From a virus, in the IMG/VR virus record IMGVR_UViG_3300047481_001036: a DNA stretch of 64,000 nt. The stretch is one strand, 5' to 3'. This document shows, in pieces, positions 23,454 to 34,110 of this stretch. The notes under the pieces are model-generated. The model worked only from the letters and a program-made list of their open reading frames with translations. It was not told the origin of the DNA and did not search any database. Position numbers and translations under genes: made by a program. Every line of letters starts with the position of its first letter. The first letter of the stretch is position 1.

Positions 23454-24108
23454 AGAATTTGTCAAACTTATTTCAGTTACTCCTGACGCAGAAAAATTGA
23501 TAGCTTATTGTGCCAGAGTTTCTAATCCAAAAAATCAAGATAACGAAAACTGTGCAAAATTATTAAAATATTGTATAGATCATAAACACTGGTCTATTTT
23601 TGAGCAAGCATTTCTAACTTTAGAAGTTAATACTACCAGAGGACTAGCTGCTCAAATTTTAAGACATAGAAGTTTTACTTTCCAAGAATTTAGTCAAAGA
23701 TATGCTGATACAACTTTATTAGCAGATAATATACCTTTATTTGAGTTAAGACGCCAAGATACAAAAAATAGACAAAATAGCACAGATGATCTATCGTCTG
23801 AAATCAAAGCTAAATGGAATACTAGAATCAGAGAACATTTTGCTAAAAGTAAAGCCCTATATGACGGTATGATACAAGATGGCGTGGCTAAAGAGTGTGC
23901 TAGATTTGTTCTACCATTGGCTACTCCAACAAGACTTTATATTAGTGGAAGCTTAAGATCTTGGATACATTATATATCTTTACGAGAAAAAAATGGAACG
24001 CAAAAAGAACATCAAGAATTAGCAAAAGCTTGTAAATACATTTTTTGTAAACAATTTCCTATAATTTCAGAGGCTATCGGAGGATATGAACTAGAATGGA
24101 ATGTATAA
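23446..24108 (+). CDS. thyX: FAD-dependent thymidylate synthase
   Basis: CARVSN, HWSIFE, RHRSFTFQEFSQRY motif, ARFVLP. Confidence 0.95.
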   Translation: MNEEFVKLISVTPDAEKLIAYCARVSNPKNQDNENCAKLLKYCIDHKHWSIFEQAFLTLEVNTTRGLAAQILRHRSFTFQEFSQRYADTTLLADNIPLFELRRQDTKNRQNSTDDLSSEIKAKWNTRIREHFAKSKALYDGMIQDGVAKECARFVLPLATPTRLYISGSLRSWIHYISLREKNGTQKEHQELAKACKYIFCKQFPIISEAIGGYELEWNV

Positions 24109-24279
24109 GCTCATATAATATTACTGCCCAGGTTTATGATAGGCAAGATAAAAATAAACAAACACTACTAATTAATAGAGTTATTGAAGCCAGATCAGAT
24201 ACTAATGCTATTAATGAATTTTATGGACAAAATCCAGAATATGAAATTATAAAAATATTTTCTACGGAAAAAATATAGT

Positions 24280-24912
24280 ATGGAAACAAAACAAAATTTT
24301 ATAATCAAAGTTGTTAGAGAATTATTAGCAAATAATTTTTCTGTATTATTGCACAATGCTGAAAAATTAGAAGATAACTGCGGCGGCTGGTGTTGGATAG
24401 ATGATGATGAAAATAAAAGAGAATTTGCTGTAGCCATGAAACATCATATGGGATTTGAGATTTTGATCCATGAATACTGTCATTTTTTACAATGGAAAAC
24501 TGATCGTAAATTTTGGGACTCGACCTTAAAAACATATGATATATTATTTGATTGGATTGCTGATTTAACATTAGAAATTAGCGAGTTAGATTTACAGCAA
24601 AGTTTAACAGATATAATCTCTATAGAGCATGATTGTGAAAAACGTGTATTAAAACTGATTAAAAATAATCCTATAGAAGATTTTGACAGTGATAAATATA
24701 TTAGAGCTGTTAATGCCTATATATGGAGTTATCACATAAATAAAGACTTAAGAAAAAGACCATTAAACCCCATTTACTCTGAAAGAGTATTACCGTATAT
24801 GCCTAATATTTTTCATGAAAACGTATCATATTATTTAGATAAGAATAATCTTACTTCAGATATTCGTAATGCTTTATTGGTCGAGTACCAAGAAAATTCA
24901 AGTGGTTGTTGA
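24280..24912 (+). CDS. HExxH metallopeptidase-like protein
   Basis: ILIHEYCHFLQW...E.DCE. Confidence 0.55.
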   Translation: METKQNFIIKVVRELLANNFSVLLHNAEKLEDNCGGWCWIDDDENKREFAVAMKHHMGFEILIHEYCHFLQWKTDRKFWDSTLKTYDILFDWIADLTLEISELDLQQSLTDIISIEHDCEKRVLKLIKNNPIEDFDSDKYIRAVNAYIWSYHINKDLRKRPLNPIYSERVLPYMPNIFHENVSYYLDKNNLTSDIRNALLVEYQENSSGC

Positions 24913-24936
24913 CACAACGCCGATACATGATATAAT
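24909..24936 (+). promoter_or_regulatory. sigma70-type promoter with CCGATA spacer motif
   Basis: TTGACA-caacgCCGATAcatga-TATAAT. Confidence 0.85.
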
Positions 24937-24954
24937 TGCCGAAACGGAGGTTTT

Positions 24955-25893
24955 ATGTCAATTAGACCGGGACTGTGTTGTATCTCATTGTCTTTACAGG
25001 AGCGTGATCCTCCTATTAAATTTCAGACAATGACCTTTAAAAGATTTTCATCTTTGCCTCGTAATGAAGCCCTAGAGACTCTAGGAGGTAGGATTCTAAA
25101 CAACCTTCAAGTCACCAATGAAACTATTAAGTTTTGTGCTGACAACGGCTGGGTCTACAGAGTATCTTCTGATATATTTCCATTGATTACTTATGATGAA
25201 GCCAATATTACTTTGGAAGATTTGCCTCAACACGATGAGATTCAAGACGAATTTGATAACATAGAACAGACTATTAAACAGACAAATGTTCGTGTCTCAG
25301 CACATCCATCTGAGTTTAATAGTTTGTCTAGCCTATCTGAAAAAGTAGTGGAAAAAACTATCGTTGAACTTAATTTTTATAGTAGTTTCTTTGATAGAAT
25401 AGGTTTGCCTGCTAGCACAGTGGCTCCGATGAATCTTCATGTTCATAACAACAACGGAACCAGAGAAGAAATAGCACATAGATTTTATTCTAACTTCAAA
25501 AGATTGGATGAGAATTGCCAAAGTAGACTTACTATTGAAAATGATGACAAATTGAATTGCTGGAGCGTAAATGAATTAGTTAATATATTTTACCCTATAA
25601 CACAAATTCCTATCTGCTTTGATTATTTGCACCATAAATGTCATCCCGGTAATCTAACTGAAGTAGAAGCCATTCATATGTGTTATAACACTTGGAACAC
25701 TAGACCTTTATTTCATTACAGTGAAAGTCGTGAGGGTAATAATCCAAGAGCCCATGCTGACTATGCTACTCAGCCGATGAATACATATGATCTAGAATTT
25801 GATTGCGATTTTGAATTGAAAGCTAAGTGCTTGGCTATTAAACAATATGAAAAACTTTATCCAAATATAAATAATGTTTTGATTCAAGTATGA
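24955..25893 (+). CDS. uvsE: UV damage endonuclease
   Basis: GLCC, YRVSSDIFP, SAHP, LTIENDD, FDYLHH, HYSES, RAHAD, ELKAK. Confidence 0.92.
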   Translation: MSIRPGLCCISLSLQERDPPIKFQTMTFKRFSSLPRNEALETLGGRILNNLQVTNETIKFCADNGWVYRVSSDIFPLITYDEANITLEDLPQHDEIQDEFDNIEQTIKQTNVRVSAHPSEFNSLSSLSEKVVEKTIVELNFYSSFFDRIGLPASTVAPMNLHVHNNNGTREEIAHRFYSNFKRLDENCQSRLTIENDDKLNCWSVNELVNIFYPITQIPICFDYLHHKCHPGNLTEVEAIHMCYNTWNTRPLFHYSESREGNNPRAHADYATQPMNTYDLEFDCDFELKAKCLAIKQYEKLYPNINNVLIQV

Positions 25894-26342
25894 CTAGATC
25901 TACTAAAGATATTATATCTAAAAAAATAGAAAATTTTAGAGGAAATAGGGATAACTACAAAAAGAAAAAACCCTATATTAGTAAACCTTCTAAAGAAGCA
26001 GACATAAAAACTATATTGAAGAATAAAATTATTAGATTTCACAGAGACAAGAAACTATGGAAATATCCTCCAATGACATTTAAAGTAAAAGATTTGCTAG
26101 ATAAAATAGGAGAAAATCCTACTTGCTATTTGACTGGTCGCCCAATTAATCTAATGGATGGTCAATCGTATCATTTAGATCATATAATTCCTAAAAATAA
26201 AGGGGGCGAAAACTCTATAGAAAACTGTAATATTGCTTGTCGTGATGCTAATCAAGCCAAAGGCAACTTGTTGTATCAGGAATTTATTTTATTATGTGAA
26301 GAGATACTAAGTTTTCACAAGCAAAATAAGGTCAATATATGA
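25890..26342 (+). CDS. HNH endonuclease
   Basis: CYLTG...HLDHIIP...GG...N...AC..ANQAK. Confidence 0.85.
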   Translation: MTRSTKDIISKKIENFRGNRDNYKKKKPYISKPSKEADIKTILKNKIIRFHRDKKLWKYPPMTFKVKDLLDKIGENPTCYLTGRPINLMDGQSYHLDHIIPKNKGGENSIENCNIACRDANQAKGNLLYQEFILLCEEILSFHKQNKVNI

Positions 26343-26643
26343 GCGGGTGGTTAATAGCGTTGTGTGGTTGCATCTATGCTTATGTAGCATTAGAACAATG
26401 TTATAAGGGTAATTGGGGAATGTTTATAGCATATACTGGTTATGCTTATGCTAATATAGGTTTATATATGCTTGCTAGTAAATGAGGAACTTATGAAACA
26501 ACCCAAACAAATCAAACTAAATGATTCACCAGAATGTAAAAAAGTCAATCTTACACCATTGCCGCCTATTAATAGGTCATATCCAGAACCTATGAGTGAT
26601 GACATATATAGTAAAACTACTGAAGATAATATTGGAATAAATA

Positions 26644-27096
26644 ATGAAAATAATTCAGAAAACCATTCGGAAAGCATATAGCAACTGGAATCCTTGCAAA
26701 GAGATTCGATGCTATCATTATAGTGCGTGTTTTGATGGAACTAAATTAATTTGTTTCACTCAGAATAATCCTGTTAAAACCCATGCTGGTGCTTATAGGA
26801 TCGGAGAGGACTTCAATCTTCCTAAATATAAGGAGCATCCATTTTATCATGCAGAATCTCATCTTGTTTCTCAACTTCTGGATCGCTACAATACCATTGA
26901 TCCTAATTGGTCAATTGTTGTTATACGAATTAATAGAAGAGGACTGATACTCGGCAGTAAACCTTGTGAAAATTGTGATAAACTTCTTAATGCTGTTGGA
27001 CTAACAGATATATATTATAGTAATGATAACGGCGGTTTTTGTGATAAGTATGGATCTAATATAGGAACAGAATATGCCACATTGTCTTTGGTTTAA
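26644..27096 (+). CDS. cytidine/deoxycytidylate deaminase-fold protein
   Basis: HAE...SKPCENC zinc-binding motifs. Confidence 0.8.
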   Translation: MKIIQKTIRKAYSNWNPCKEIRCYHYSACFDGTKLICFTQNNPVKTHAGAYRIGEDFNLPKYKEHPFYHAESHLVSQLLDRYNTIDPNWSIVVIRINRRGLILGSKPCENCDKLLNAVGLTDIYYSNDNGGFCDKYGSNIGTEYATLSLV

Positions 27097-27186
27097 ATTC
27101 TTAACTACAGTCATACTATCTTTTATCGGATATTTCTTAGGATATTGCTTGGGTCATTGGTCAAATTTTATATTCAAGTAAACCGT

Positions 27187-27215
27187 TTGACAGTGCCGAT
27201 ACCGTATGATAGAAT
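27187..27215 (+). promoter_or_regulatory. sigma70-type promoter with CCGATA spacer motif
   Basis: TTGACA-gtgCCGATAccgtatga-TAGAAT. Confidence 0.8.
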
Positions 27216-27235
27216 GTGTTAACGGAGGCACACCT

Positions 27236-27454
27236 ATGAATTGTATATATTGTAATGCTTTGATTCCAGATGGACGTTTGGAGTTTCTTATGGAAACAAA
27301 CAGAAGTTTGGTATGTATTGAATGTAGTAGCGAGAACAGGGCTATTGGCTTTATGGATTGGGGTCATAAAACAGCACCAAGTTTGGTAATGGTTCCTTCT
27401 AATGCTACTGAGACTATTCGTAAACTTAATAGGGCCAATCGTCGTGCAAGGTGA
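27236..27454 (+). CDS. DksA/TraR-type C4 zinc finger protein
   Basis: CIYC...IPDGRLE....CIEC. Confidence 0.7.
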   Translation: MNCIYCNALIPDGRLEFLMETNRSLVCIECSSENRAIGFMDWGHKTAPSLVMVPSNATETIRKLNRANRRAR

Positions 27455-27457
27455 TTT

Positions 27458-29804
27458 GTGAGAATTAAAATTTTCTATCACGACAGTTGTAAAACTTTTG
27501 AACAATTTCAAACAGATATTAATTTATGGTTGATGGAACACGAAGATATTGAGATAATTTCTGCCGATAGAATTCCTGGGTCTTATAGTATCTTATATAA
27601 AGAAATGAGTGTGGGAAATGACAGCGATGAAGTGGATTGATTTGTTTAAGTTTCTTAATGAAAGAGCCAACGATATAAAGAATCTTGGATCATTTAATTG
27701 GCAGGCTCCAGTTACTATTCACGATGCCGAGACAGGAGATGAATTTAGTTGTGATACATATTATATTAATGATATCAAAGGGAATGATCGTTTAGTTCTT
27801 ATAACGAATGTTGAAAAAGTTTTTGAGGAGAATATTTAATGGATTTGGAAATAGAAAGCCTCTTATTCAAACAAGTAGAGAAACCTAAACAATTTTTAAT
27901 GACCAAAATTATTAATGTATTTGAAAATAGATATCGTATTAATGTTTATATCGAAATTTATGAAGATAATCTAGTAAAAAAGAGAATACACAGTAGTTAT
28001 TTTTGTCATTATAAACCTGGATCATTAGTAATTATGACAGATCCAGACAAAGAAAAAAATATCAAATCTATTAGATCTTGGTGATCCGATGCTTTTGAGA
28101 AAATTCTTAAAGAGTCTGTCTTGACAACGCCGATAACTCTGGTATACTTAGAGAGTACCTACTACTAAACTACGGAGACTACTGAATTATGGCTAAGGGA
28201 CAAAAAACTTGTGACAAGTGTGGAACTATGACTGGCCCAAGAGCGTATATGTGCAAAAAGTGCAATACTCCTTTTGTTTTTAAGGCTAAGAGCAAGGAAG
28301 CAAAAAATACTAAGATTATACGCGATTTTAATTGGAGAGAACTGGTTAAGGGTGATCGTGTAAGAGTTGCTGGTGGCCCATATTTTGTTAGCCGTGGCGA
28401 GTTTATTCCTATGGGTTATAGGGGTAGATTTGTTGTTGAGTCTCTTGATGATAATGGAATTTTGGCTTTCGGTATTGACAAGCACCAAGGCTTCTGTCAT
28501 ATTTATATGGGTGGAGATATTCAAAACAAGGAAACTGGCGTTTGGAAAACGGCTCATAAACTTATGAAACTTAAACAAAAAGAATTAACGTCATGACTTT
28601 AACACAAGAACAAAAAGACCAATTTAATAAGCTAATAGATTATAGAGACGATATTACAGATAGTCTCTATCATATAGAGAGGATATTAAAAACATATTTT
28701 CCAGAAGAATTTGAAATAGCATATCAGCACTGGATTCCTCAAATAATAACAGCTTTATATGAAGATAATAGATGGTTACAAAGAGGAGAAAGAAATATGC
28801 AGCAAACCATAAATCGGCTGATTGATAAAATTCAGTCTGACCAAGATAAGGGTGTATATAAATACATATAATTGGAGACATAAATAATGTCAGAAGTTTA
28901 TGCTATCACAGATTTGCGTTCGTATGCTACTCAAATGAGAGAAGCGGCGGCAACTAGTTTGTCGGATTCGTATGATGAAAATTTGGACTCCTATATCAGT
29001 CTTCAACAAATGATAGGTTTGGTAAATAAAATTTGTTTGGGTTTTGACGATCAAAACAGACCATTACTGAATGAAGATACTAATTCAGAAATTTTTGGTC
29101 AAACAGCCGCTTGGATATATAATGTCGGCCTTGCCAAATTAGCCTCACAAGATTTAATTGAATGTGCTTGGGATAATGAGTCTAACGAAATGGTATTTTG
29201 GCCCAAACAAAAACCATCAGATATCAAAACTAAAAATGAATCAAAATCAAGCAAAAATAGAAAACCTAAAGGATGAAATACATCATCTAAAAGAATATTT
29301 ACTCTCTGATTGTTGCAGACAATGTTCGGAAATAGTCTCTAAGATTGAACAATATCAGAAAGAATTATATCAACTAGAAAATAATCATGACAAACATTAG
29401 TCAAAAACGACTTAATAAGTTAAAAAAACAAGGAAAATTAAGAGACAATTTTGAACTTTGGGTTGACAGACATAATCATAAATTTGAACTTATAAGAACT
29501 ATTACAAGTCTGCTTGGTATTATTATGAGTTCTCTTATTATGCTCAAAGTTTTTAAAATCATATAGGATTATAATTATGATAGACAGAAACCATACACAA
29601 CTATCAATGTCTGTAATATTAGTAGGAATAATAATATTCATTGTGGGCCTGATAGGTATCAATATATCAAACAATCGAATAAGTAAGAATGAAACTATCA
29701 CAGCTAATGAAGTATCAGAAGAAGATTTGATATTGATAAAAAAAGAAATTAGCCGATTGGACGAAATATCACGAACAGACTATTATAAGAATAAGGGCGA
29801 GTAA
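27458..29804 (+). other. hypothetical ORFs (27458-27640, 27609-27839, 27839-28084, 28189-28596 Zn-ribbon, 28593-28871, 28887-29276, 29236-29400, 29577-29804)
   Basis: Co-oriented ORFs with RBS. Confidence 0.75.
28121..28148 (+). promoter_or_regulatory. sigma70-type promoter with CCGATA spacer motif
   Basis: TTGACA-acgCCGATAactctgg-TATACT. Confidence 0.85.
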
Positions 29805-30148
29805 AGGTATCGATTGGATATAGAAGATTATGTAAGCAAGTAGTGGTTAATCGACCGGCCACTTTAAAAGTCGATTAAATGCTTTAACTGGCACAACTCA
29901 GTTAGCCCTTGCTGCCTAATAAAACGGGCAGTAACAGATTGCGATTGCGAACGAGGGTAGCGATCAAAAATCTGTCGTTAAATCCCTCTGCACTTATAAT
30001 ATCCAACAGATTATAAGTTAAGCAAAGTTGGTAAAATGGGAAGAATCTTGTTTGTTCTAAAATCCTATTTAACTAATGAACAAAATAAACTTGTAGAAAG
30101 CATAGTTAGAAATATCGCAAGACTCGGGTTCGACTCCCGACTCGTCCA
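29795..30148 (+). ncRNA. ssrA: tmRNA; tag reading frame 29890-29919 = GTTQLALAA*
   Basis: Acceptor stem GGGCGAG/CTCGTCC with G3:U70 Ala determinant, T-arm TCGGG-TTCGACT-CCCGA, TAACT before the resume codon, tag ending LAA. Confidence 0.93.
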
Positions 30149-30157
30149 CTATCATAT

Positions 30158-30739
30158 ATGATAACCAATCAAGATATTATTACTTATACTGTAGAATCAG
30201 AATTTATGAATCTGATAATATCTAATGCTAAAAAAGCAGAAATCGGAGGTTATTCTCAGTTCAGAAAGTCTAGTGATAGAAATTCTACTTTAGGAGAAGA
30301 TCAACTTGTTGGACAAATATCTACCTATTGTGCATCTATGGTTTTAACGGGTTCTTATGATGGATATATTAAAGCCAGAGAAAAAGCTAATGCTAATCCT
30401 TTAAGCGGTGACGGTGGAATAGATATTATTGGTATTGATAATGTTGATATTAAAGGTAGTTTGATGAGATATTCTAATAATCCTCTCAACTATAGACTTT
30501 TAGTAAGACCTAGAGAAAGACATAAAAACTGGATTTATGTTTTGGGATTGGTTCCCAAAGAAAGACCTTATAAATGTCATTTAGTAGGATGGGTTAATGA
30601 TTCAGATTTACCCCAAAATACTTATAATGGGTCTATTAAGTCTTTACATGGTGCTTATGTAGTAGAGGCTGATCGTTTACTTAAAATAAGTGAGTTAATT
30701 ACAAAATTAAACCCTCTTAATAGAAAGATTTATATATGA
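30158..30739 (+). CDS. hypothetical protein, possible PD-(D/E)xK nuclease fold
   Basis: DGGIDI....VDIKG. Confidence 0.45.
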   Translation: MITNQDIITYTVESEFMNLIISNAKKAEIGGYSQFRKSSDRNSTLGEDQLVGQISTYCASMVLTGSYDGYIKAREKANANPLSGDGGIDIIGIDNVDIKGSLMRYSNNPLNYRLLVRPRERHKNWIYVLGLVPKERPYKCHLVGWVNDSDLPQNTYNGSIKSLHGAYVVEADRLLKISELITKLNPLNRKIYI

Positions 30740-30880
30740 GTGTATGGAAAAAATTATTTAAGAAAACTCAAAAAGAGAATAATAAACATCATGAACAGGA
30801 AATGGAGTATTTAAGACTTCTAGAAAAACGCATGAAAAAACTTGAAAAACAAGTAGAGAAAAAGAAAAAGAAATAATAGA

Positions 30881-31225
30881 ATGCCAAGAAAAATTTGTTC
30901 ATATTGTGGCGAAAGGAAAAATAGAAAAAGTTTTCCTAAGCACAGTATGTACAAGGATAATTTAGATAGTAGATGTAGAAAATGTATTAAAAAACATTCT
31001 AAGATAAGAAGCAAACTCCATAAAAAAGCTCCCCCAAAACCAGAAGTTTGTGAGTGTTGTAAAAAAGTTCCATATAAATGGGCTTTAGATCATGATCACG
31101 ATGATAATAGTTTTAGAGGATGGCTCTGCGAAAGTTGTAACACTGGTATAGGAAAATTAGGAGATGATTTTCAAAGTATTGTGAACGCTATGAATTATTT
31201 TCTTTCAAGGCCCAATCGCAAATAG
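30881..31225 (+). CDS. endonuclease VII-like HNH protein
   Basis: CECC...LDHDH...RGWLCESCNTGIGKLGD. Confidence 0.85.
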   Translation: MPRKICSYCGERKNRKSFPKHSMYKDNLDSRCRKCIKKHSKIRSKLHKKAPPKPEVCECCKKVPYKWALDHDHDDNSFRGWLCESCNTGIGKLGDDFQSIVNAMNYFLSRPNRK

Positions 31226-31232
31226 TCGATAC

Positions 31233-31261
31233 TTGACAAAGAGCAATCGGCATGATACAAT
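31233..31261 (+). promoter_or_regulatory. sigma70-type promoter
   Basis: TTGACA-17nt-TACAAT; spacer holds ATCGG (reverse complement of CCGAT). Confidence 0.7.
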
Positions 31262-31289
31262 TGTGTGAAACACAGGAGACTTATTGGAA

Positions 31290-32609
31290 ATGAAAAACGA
31301 GCATCATTTTGATTATGTTTGGGGAATGGTTCGTGATCTTAGGGCGACTAGCAGCACTATTGATAAGCAAGGTATTATTGAAGACTATTGTAACCATAGT
31401 AGTAGTGCTGCAAATTTTACTAAGAAAATTCTGCTCTATACCTACCATCCTTTATGGCAGTATAATGTTACCAGCGATAATCTAAAGAAAAAGAACCATC
31501 TTATTGCACGAAAGAACGAGTACAATAATTTCTTTAATCTGCTGGATGATCTAAAAGATCGCAAGATTACTGGTCACGACGCTATTGCTGCTGTTAATAG
31601 TTTTATCGAACATAATGATGAGTATGAGGAACTTATTCATTGTATTATTGATAAAGACTTGAAAACCCGTGCTGGCGACAAGATTATTAATAAGGCTATC
31701 GAAGATCATATTCCAGAATTTAGCGTTGCTCTGGCCGATAAATATGAACCTAGTATTGTAGACTGGAAGGATGGATGGTATGTTAGCAGGAAAATTGACG
31801 GTGCTAGATGTATCGCTATTGTTGATGATAGTGGTAACGCTACTTTCTACTCCCGCACGGGAAAAAGTTTTGATACTCTTGACGTTGTTGCTGGTGGTAT
31901 TAAGGCTCTCGGTATTACTAATGTAGTTTTGGACGGAGAACTTTGTTTGGTCGATGAAGATGGGAACGAAGACTTCCAAGGAATTATGAAACAACTCAAA
32001 AAGAAAGATCATACTATTCCAAATCCTTCATATAAGATTTTCGATGCTATAACCCATGATGAGTTTTATAGTAAGAAGGGTGCCTACAATAGACCATATT
32101 CTATTAGGCTTGCTGATCTAATTGGGGCCATGAGGTTTAATGAATGTCCATGTTTGACTGTTCTTGAACAAGACCTTATTAAAAATGATGATCATTTTGC
32201 TGAGTGGGTTTCTAAGTCCACCAAGCAAAAATGGGAAGGTCTTATGCTTCGTGCTGATGAACCATATAAGGGAAAGAGAAGCAAAGATTTGCTCAAATAT
32301 AAGAGTTTCTTTGATGATGAATACGAAGTAATCGACACAGAAATGGGGCCGTTCCGATATGTACTAAATGGGAAAGAGCATGAGGAAACCATGTTGTCTT
32401 GTGTAATGATTTCCCATAAAGGACATACTGTTAGAGTTGGTAGCGGATTCTCTATTGAACAAAGACAGGAATTTTATAAGCGTCCAGAGAATATTCTTGG
32501 TAAAATCATCACTGTGCAATACTTTGAACAAACTAAAAATCAAGATGGAGGGATCAGTCTTAGGTTTCCCACATTTAAAATCTTGCATGGTAGCAGCAGG
32601 GACACTTAA
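31290..32609 (+). CDS. ATP-dependent DNA ligase
   Basis: SRKIDGAR motif I, LDGEL, FD, EGLMLR, KRSKDLLKYK, VGSGFS, LRFP. Confidence 0.95.
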   Translation: MKNEHHFDYVWGMVRDLRATSSTIDKQGIIEDYCNHSSSAANFTKKILLYTYHPLWQYNVTSDNLKKKNHLIARKNEYNNFFNLLDDLKDRKITGHDAIAAVNSFIEHNDEYEELIHCIIDKDLKTRAGDKIINKAIEDHIPEFSVALADKYEPSIVDWKDGWYVSRKIDGARCIAIVDDSGNATFYSRTGKSFDTLDVVAGGIKALGITNVVLDGELCLVDEDGNEDFQGIMKQLKKKDHTIPNPSYKIFDAITHDEFYSKKGAYNRPYSIRLADLIGAMRFNECPCLTVLEQDLIKNDDHFAEWVSKSTKQKWEGLMLRADEPYKGKRSKDLLKYKSFFDDEYEVIDTEMGPFRYVLNGKEHEETMLSCVMISHKGHTVRVGSGFSIEQRQEFYKRPENILGKIITVQYFEQTKNQDGGISLRFPTFKILHGSSRDT

Positions 32610-33133
32610 TAAACCTCTCTCTCCTTGCGAGGTTTGATTCCTGTAACACAATTTATTACGGTTTCTAACCAATACCAAAAATATATCTTATTCAGTATGG
32701 GGTTTACCATCATAGTCATAACACAATAATTAGTGTCATAAGGACGTTTATGATGTAGTGCATGGGTTTTTTTGTTCTGTAGTATATTATATTTTTGAAG
32801 TAACCTAATCAGTTTATTTGTTTTAGTATGTTCCCAACAATGTATTTCATTACTTTGAGAAGCGATAATAAAAACTAAACATAAAAAATAATAATGCATA
32901 ATATAACAAATAACTGCTAGTATTAGTGCTGGAATGATTGTTGTCCAGTTTCTAGTCCAGTAGTTTCCTTTACAAAATAACATTGGATCTTTATGATGCC
33001 TAATATTAGGCTGTATAATATATTTACCTATTAATGGCCAATCTGGATTACCATATCTATCCTCCCACCAATGAAATATTCCTGTTAGTAAATCAGCAAC
33101 AATAATAGCTAATACTAAATATAGAATAATCAT
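32606..33133 (-). CDS. CarF/TMEM189/FAD4-type lipid desaturase
   Basis: ADLLTGIFHWWED.YG, HH, H.W.H, HH...NYC His boxes with TM segments. Confidence 0.85.
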   Translation of the reverse strand: MIILYLVLAIIVADLLTGIFHWWEDRYGNPDWPLIGKYIIQPNIRHHKDPMLFCKGNYWTRNWTTIIPALILAVICYIMHYYFLCLVFIIASQSNEIHCWEHTKTNKLIRLLQKYNILQNKKTHALHHKRPYDTNYCVMTMMVNPILNKIYFWYWLETVINCVTGIKPRKEREVY

Positions 33134-33205
33134 TATTTTAAATGCTCCCTATTAAAGAAATTCTATAATATTATACACTTAATTAGAAATATTAAAGTTT
33201 TCTGA

Positions 33206-33234
33206 TTGACAAGTCGATAACACTAGTGTACAAT
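33206..33234 (+). promoter_or_regulatory. sigma70-type promoter with TCGATA spacer motif
   Basis: TTGACA-agTCGATAacactagtg-TACAAT. Confidence 0.75.
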
Positions 33235-33269
33235 CGTGACATACCTTGGAAACACTTTTTGGAGAAACA

Positions 33270-33980
33270 ATGAGCGAAGTTAGTATTGAAAAAACACCAA
33301 TTGTTATGAGTACCAGCAAGGCCGACGAATTTTTTAGGAACTTTCCTAAAGATAAGGTGGTCGCCTATAAGGATTATTGGGAGAGTATTCGTCCGAATAG
33401 TCATGATGAAATTTTTCGTAGATATCTTTTTGCCTATATGAGTGTCCATACCACTTGGAAATCTAATGTTGCTGGATATAATGCTATTAAGAATTTCAGT
33501 GAATGGCTAGACGATAAAGAACTGCTCAGAGAAAAGATCAAGCATAGTGGGTGCGGACTTTACAATAACCGCACAAAGTTTATTTGGGATTTTAAGGATA
33601 AATTCTGGGCGAATCCCAAAGATTTTTATCTTACTACTAAGAAGTATCATGTTAAGAAAAGAGATCAGATTGTAAATAATATATCTGGACTCGGAACTGC
33701 TAAGGTTTCATTCGCTCTTGAACAATCTCATCCTAATGAATGTAGAGTCTTTTGTGGTGATACACATATGCTTGAACTTTATGGCATGAAAACATTGACA
33801 TATCAATCTAAAAAAGGACTTGAACTGTACAAGAAAATGGAAAGACACTGGAGTGTTAATTGCGGTAAAATAGGCGTACCAGCATATATTGCTAGATCTA
33901 TTTTTTGGGATGCCAAGCAAAATAAGACTGATTCACGATACTGGTCTTACGTCTTTGAAGAAGAATCTATTACTATATAA
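33270..33980 (+). CDS. HhH-GPD glycosylase-like protein
   Basis: ISGLGTAKVSFALE...CGDTHML. Confidence 0.65.
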   Translation: MSEVSIEKTPIVMSTSKADEFFRNFPKDKVVAYKDYWESIRPNSHDEIFRRYLFAYMSVHTTWKSNVAGYNAIKNFSEWLDDKELLREKIKHSGCGLYNNRTKFIWDFKDKFWANPKDFYLTTKKYHVKKRDQIVNNISGLGTAKVSFALEQSHPNECRVFCGDTHMLELYGMKTLTYQSKKGLELYKKMERHWSVNCGKIGVPAYIARSIFWDAKQNKTDSRYWSYVFEEESITI

Positions 33981-34110
33981 TATAGTCAGAAAGGTTAACG
34001 CATGAGTCAAAATGGCAAAGGCAGCAAGCCAAGACCCAAAAGTGTTGATAGTATAACATGGAGTAAAAATTGGGATAAAATTTTTAAACCCAAGAAAAAA
34101 GGTCATTCAA

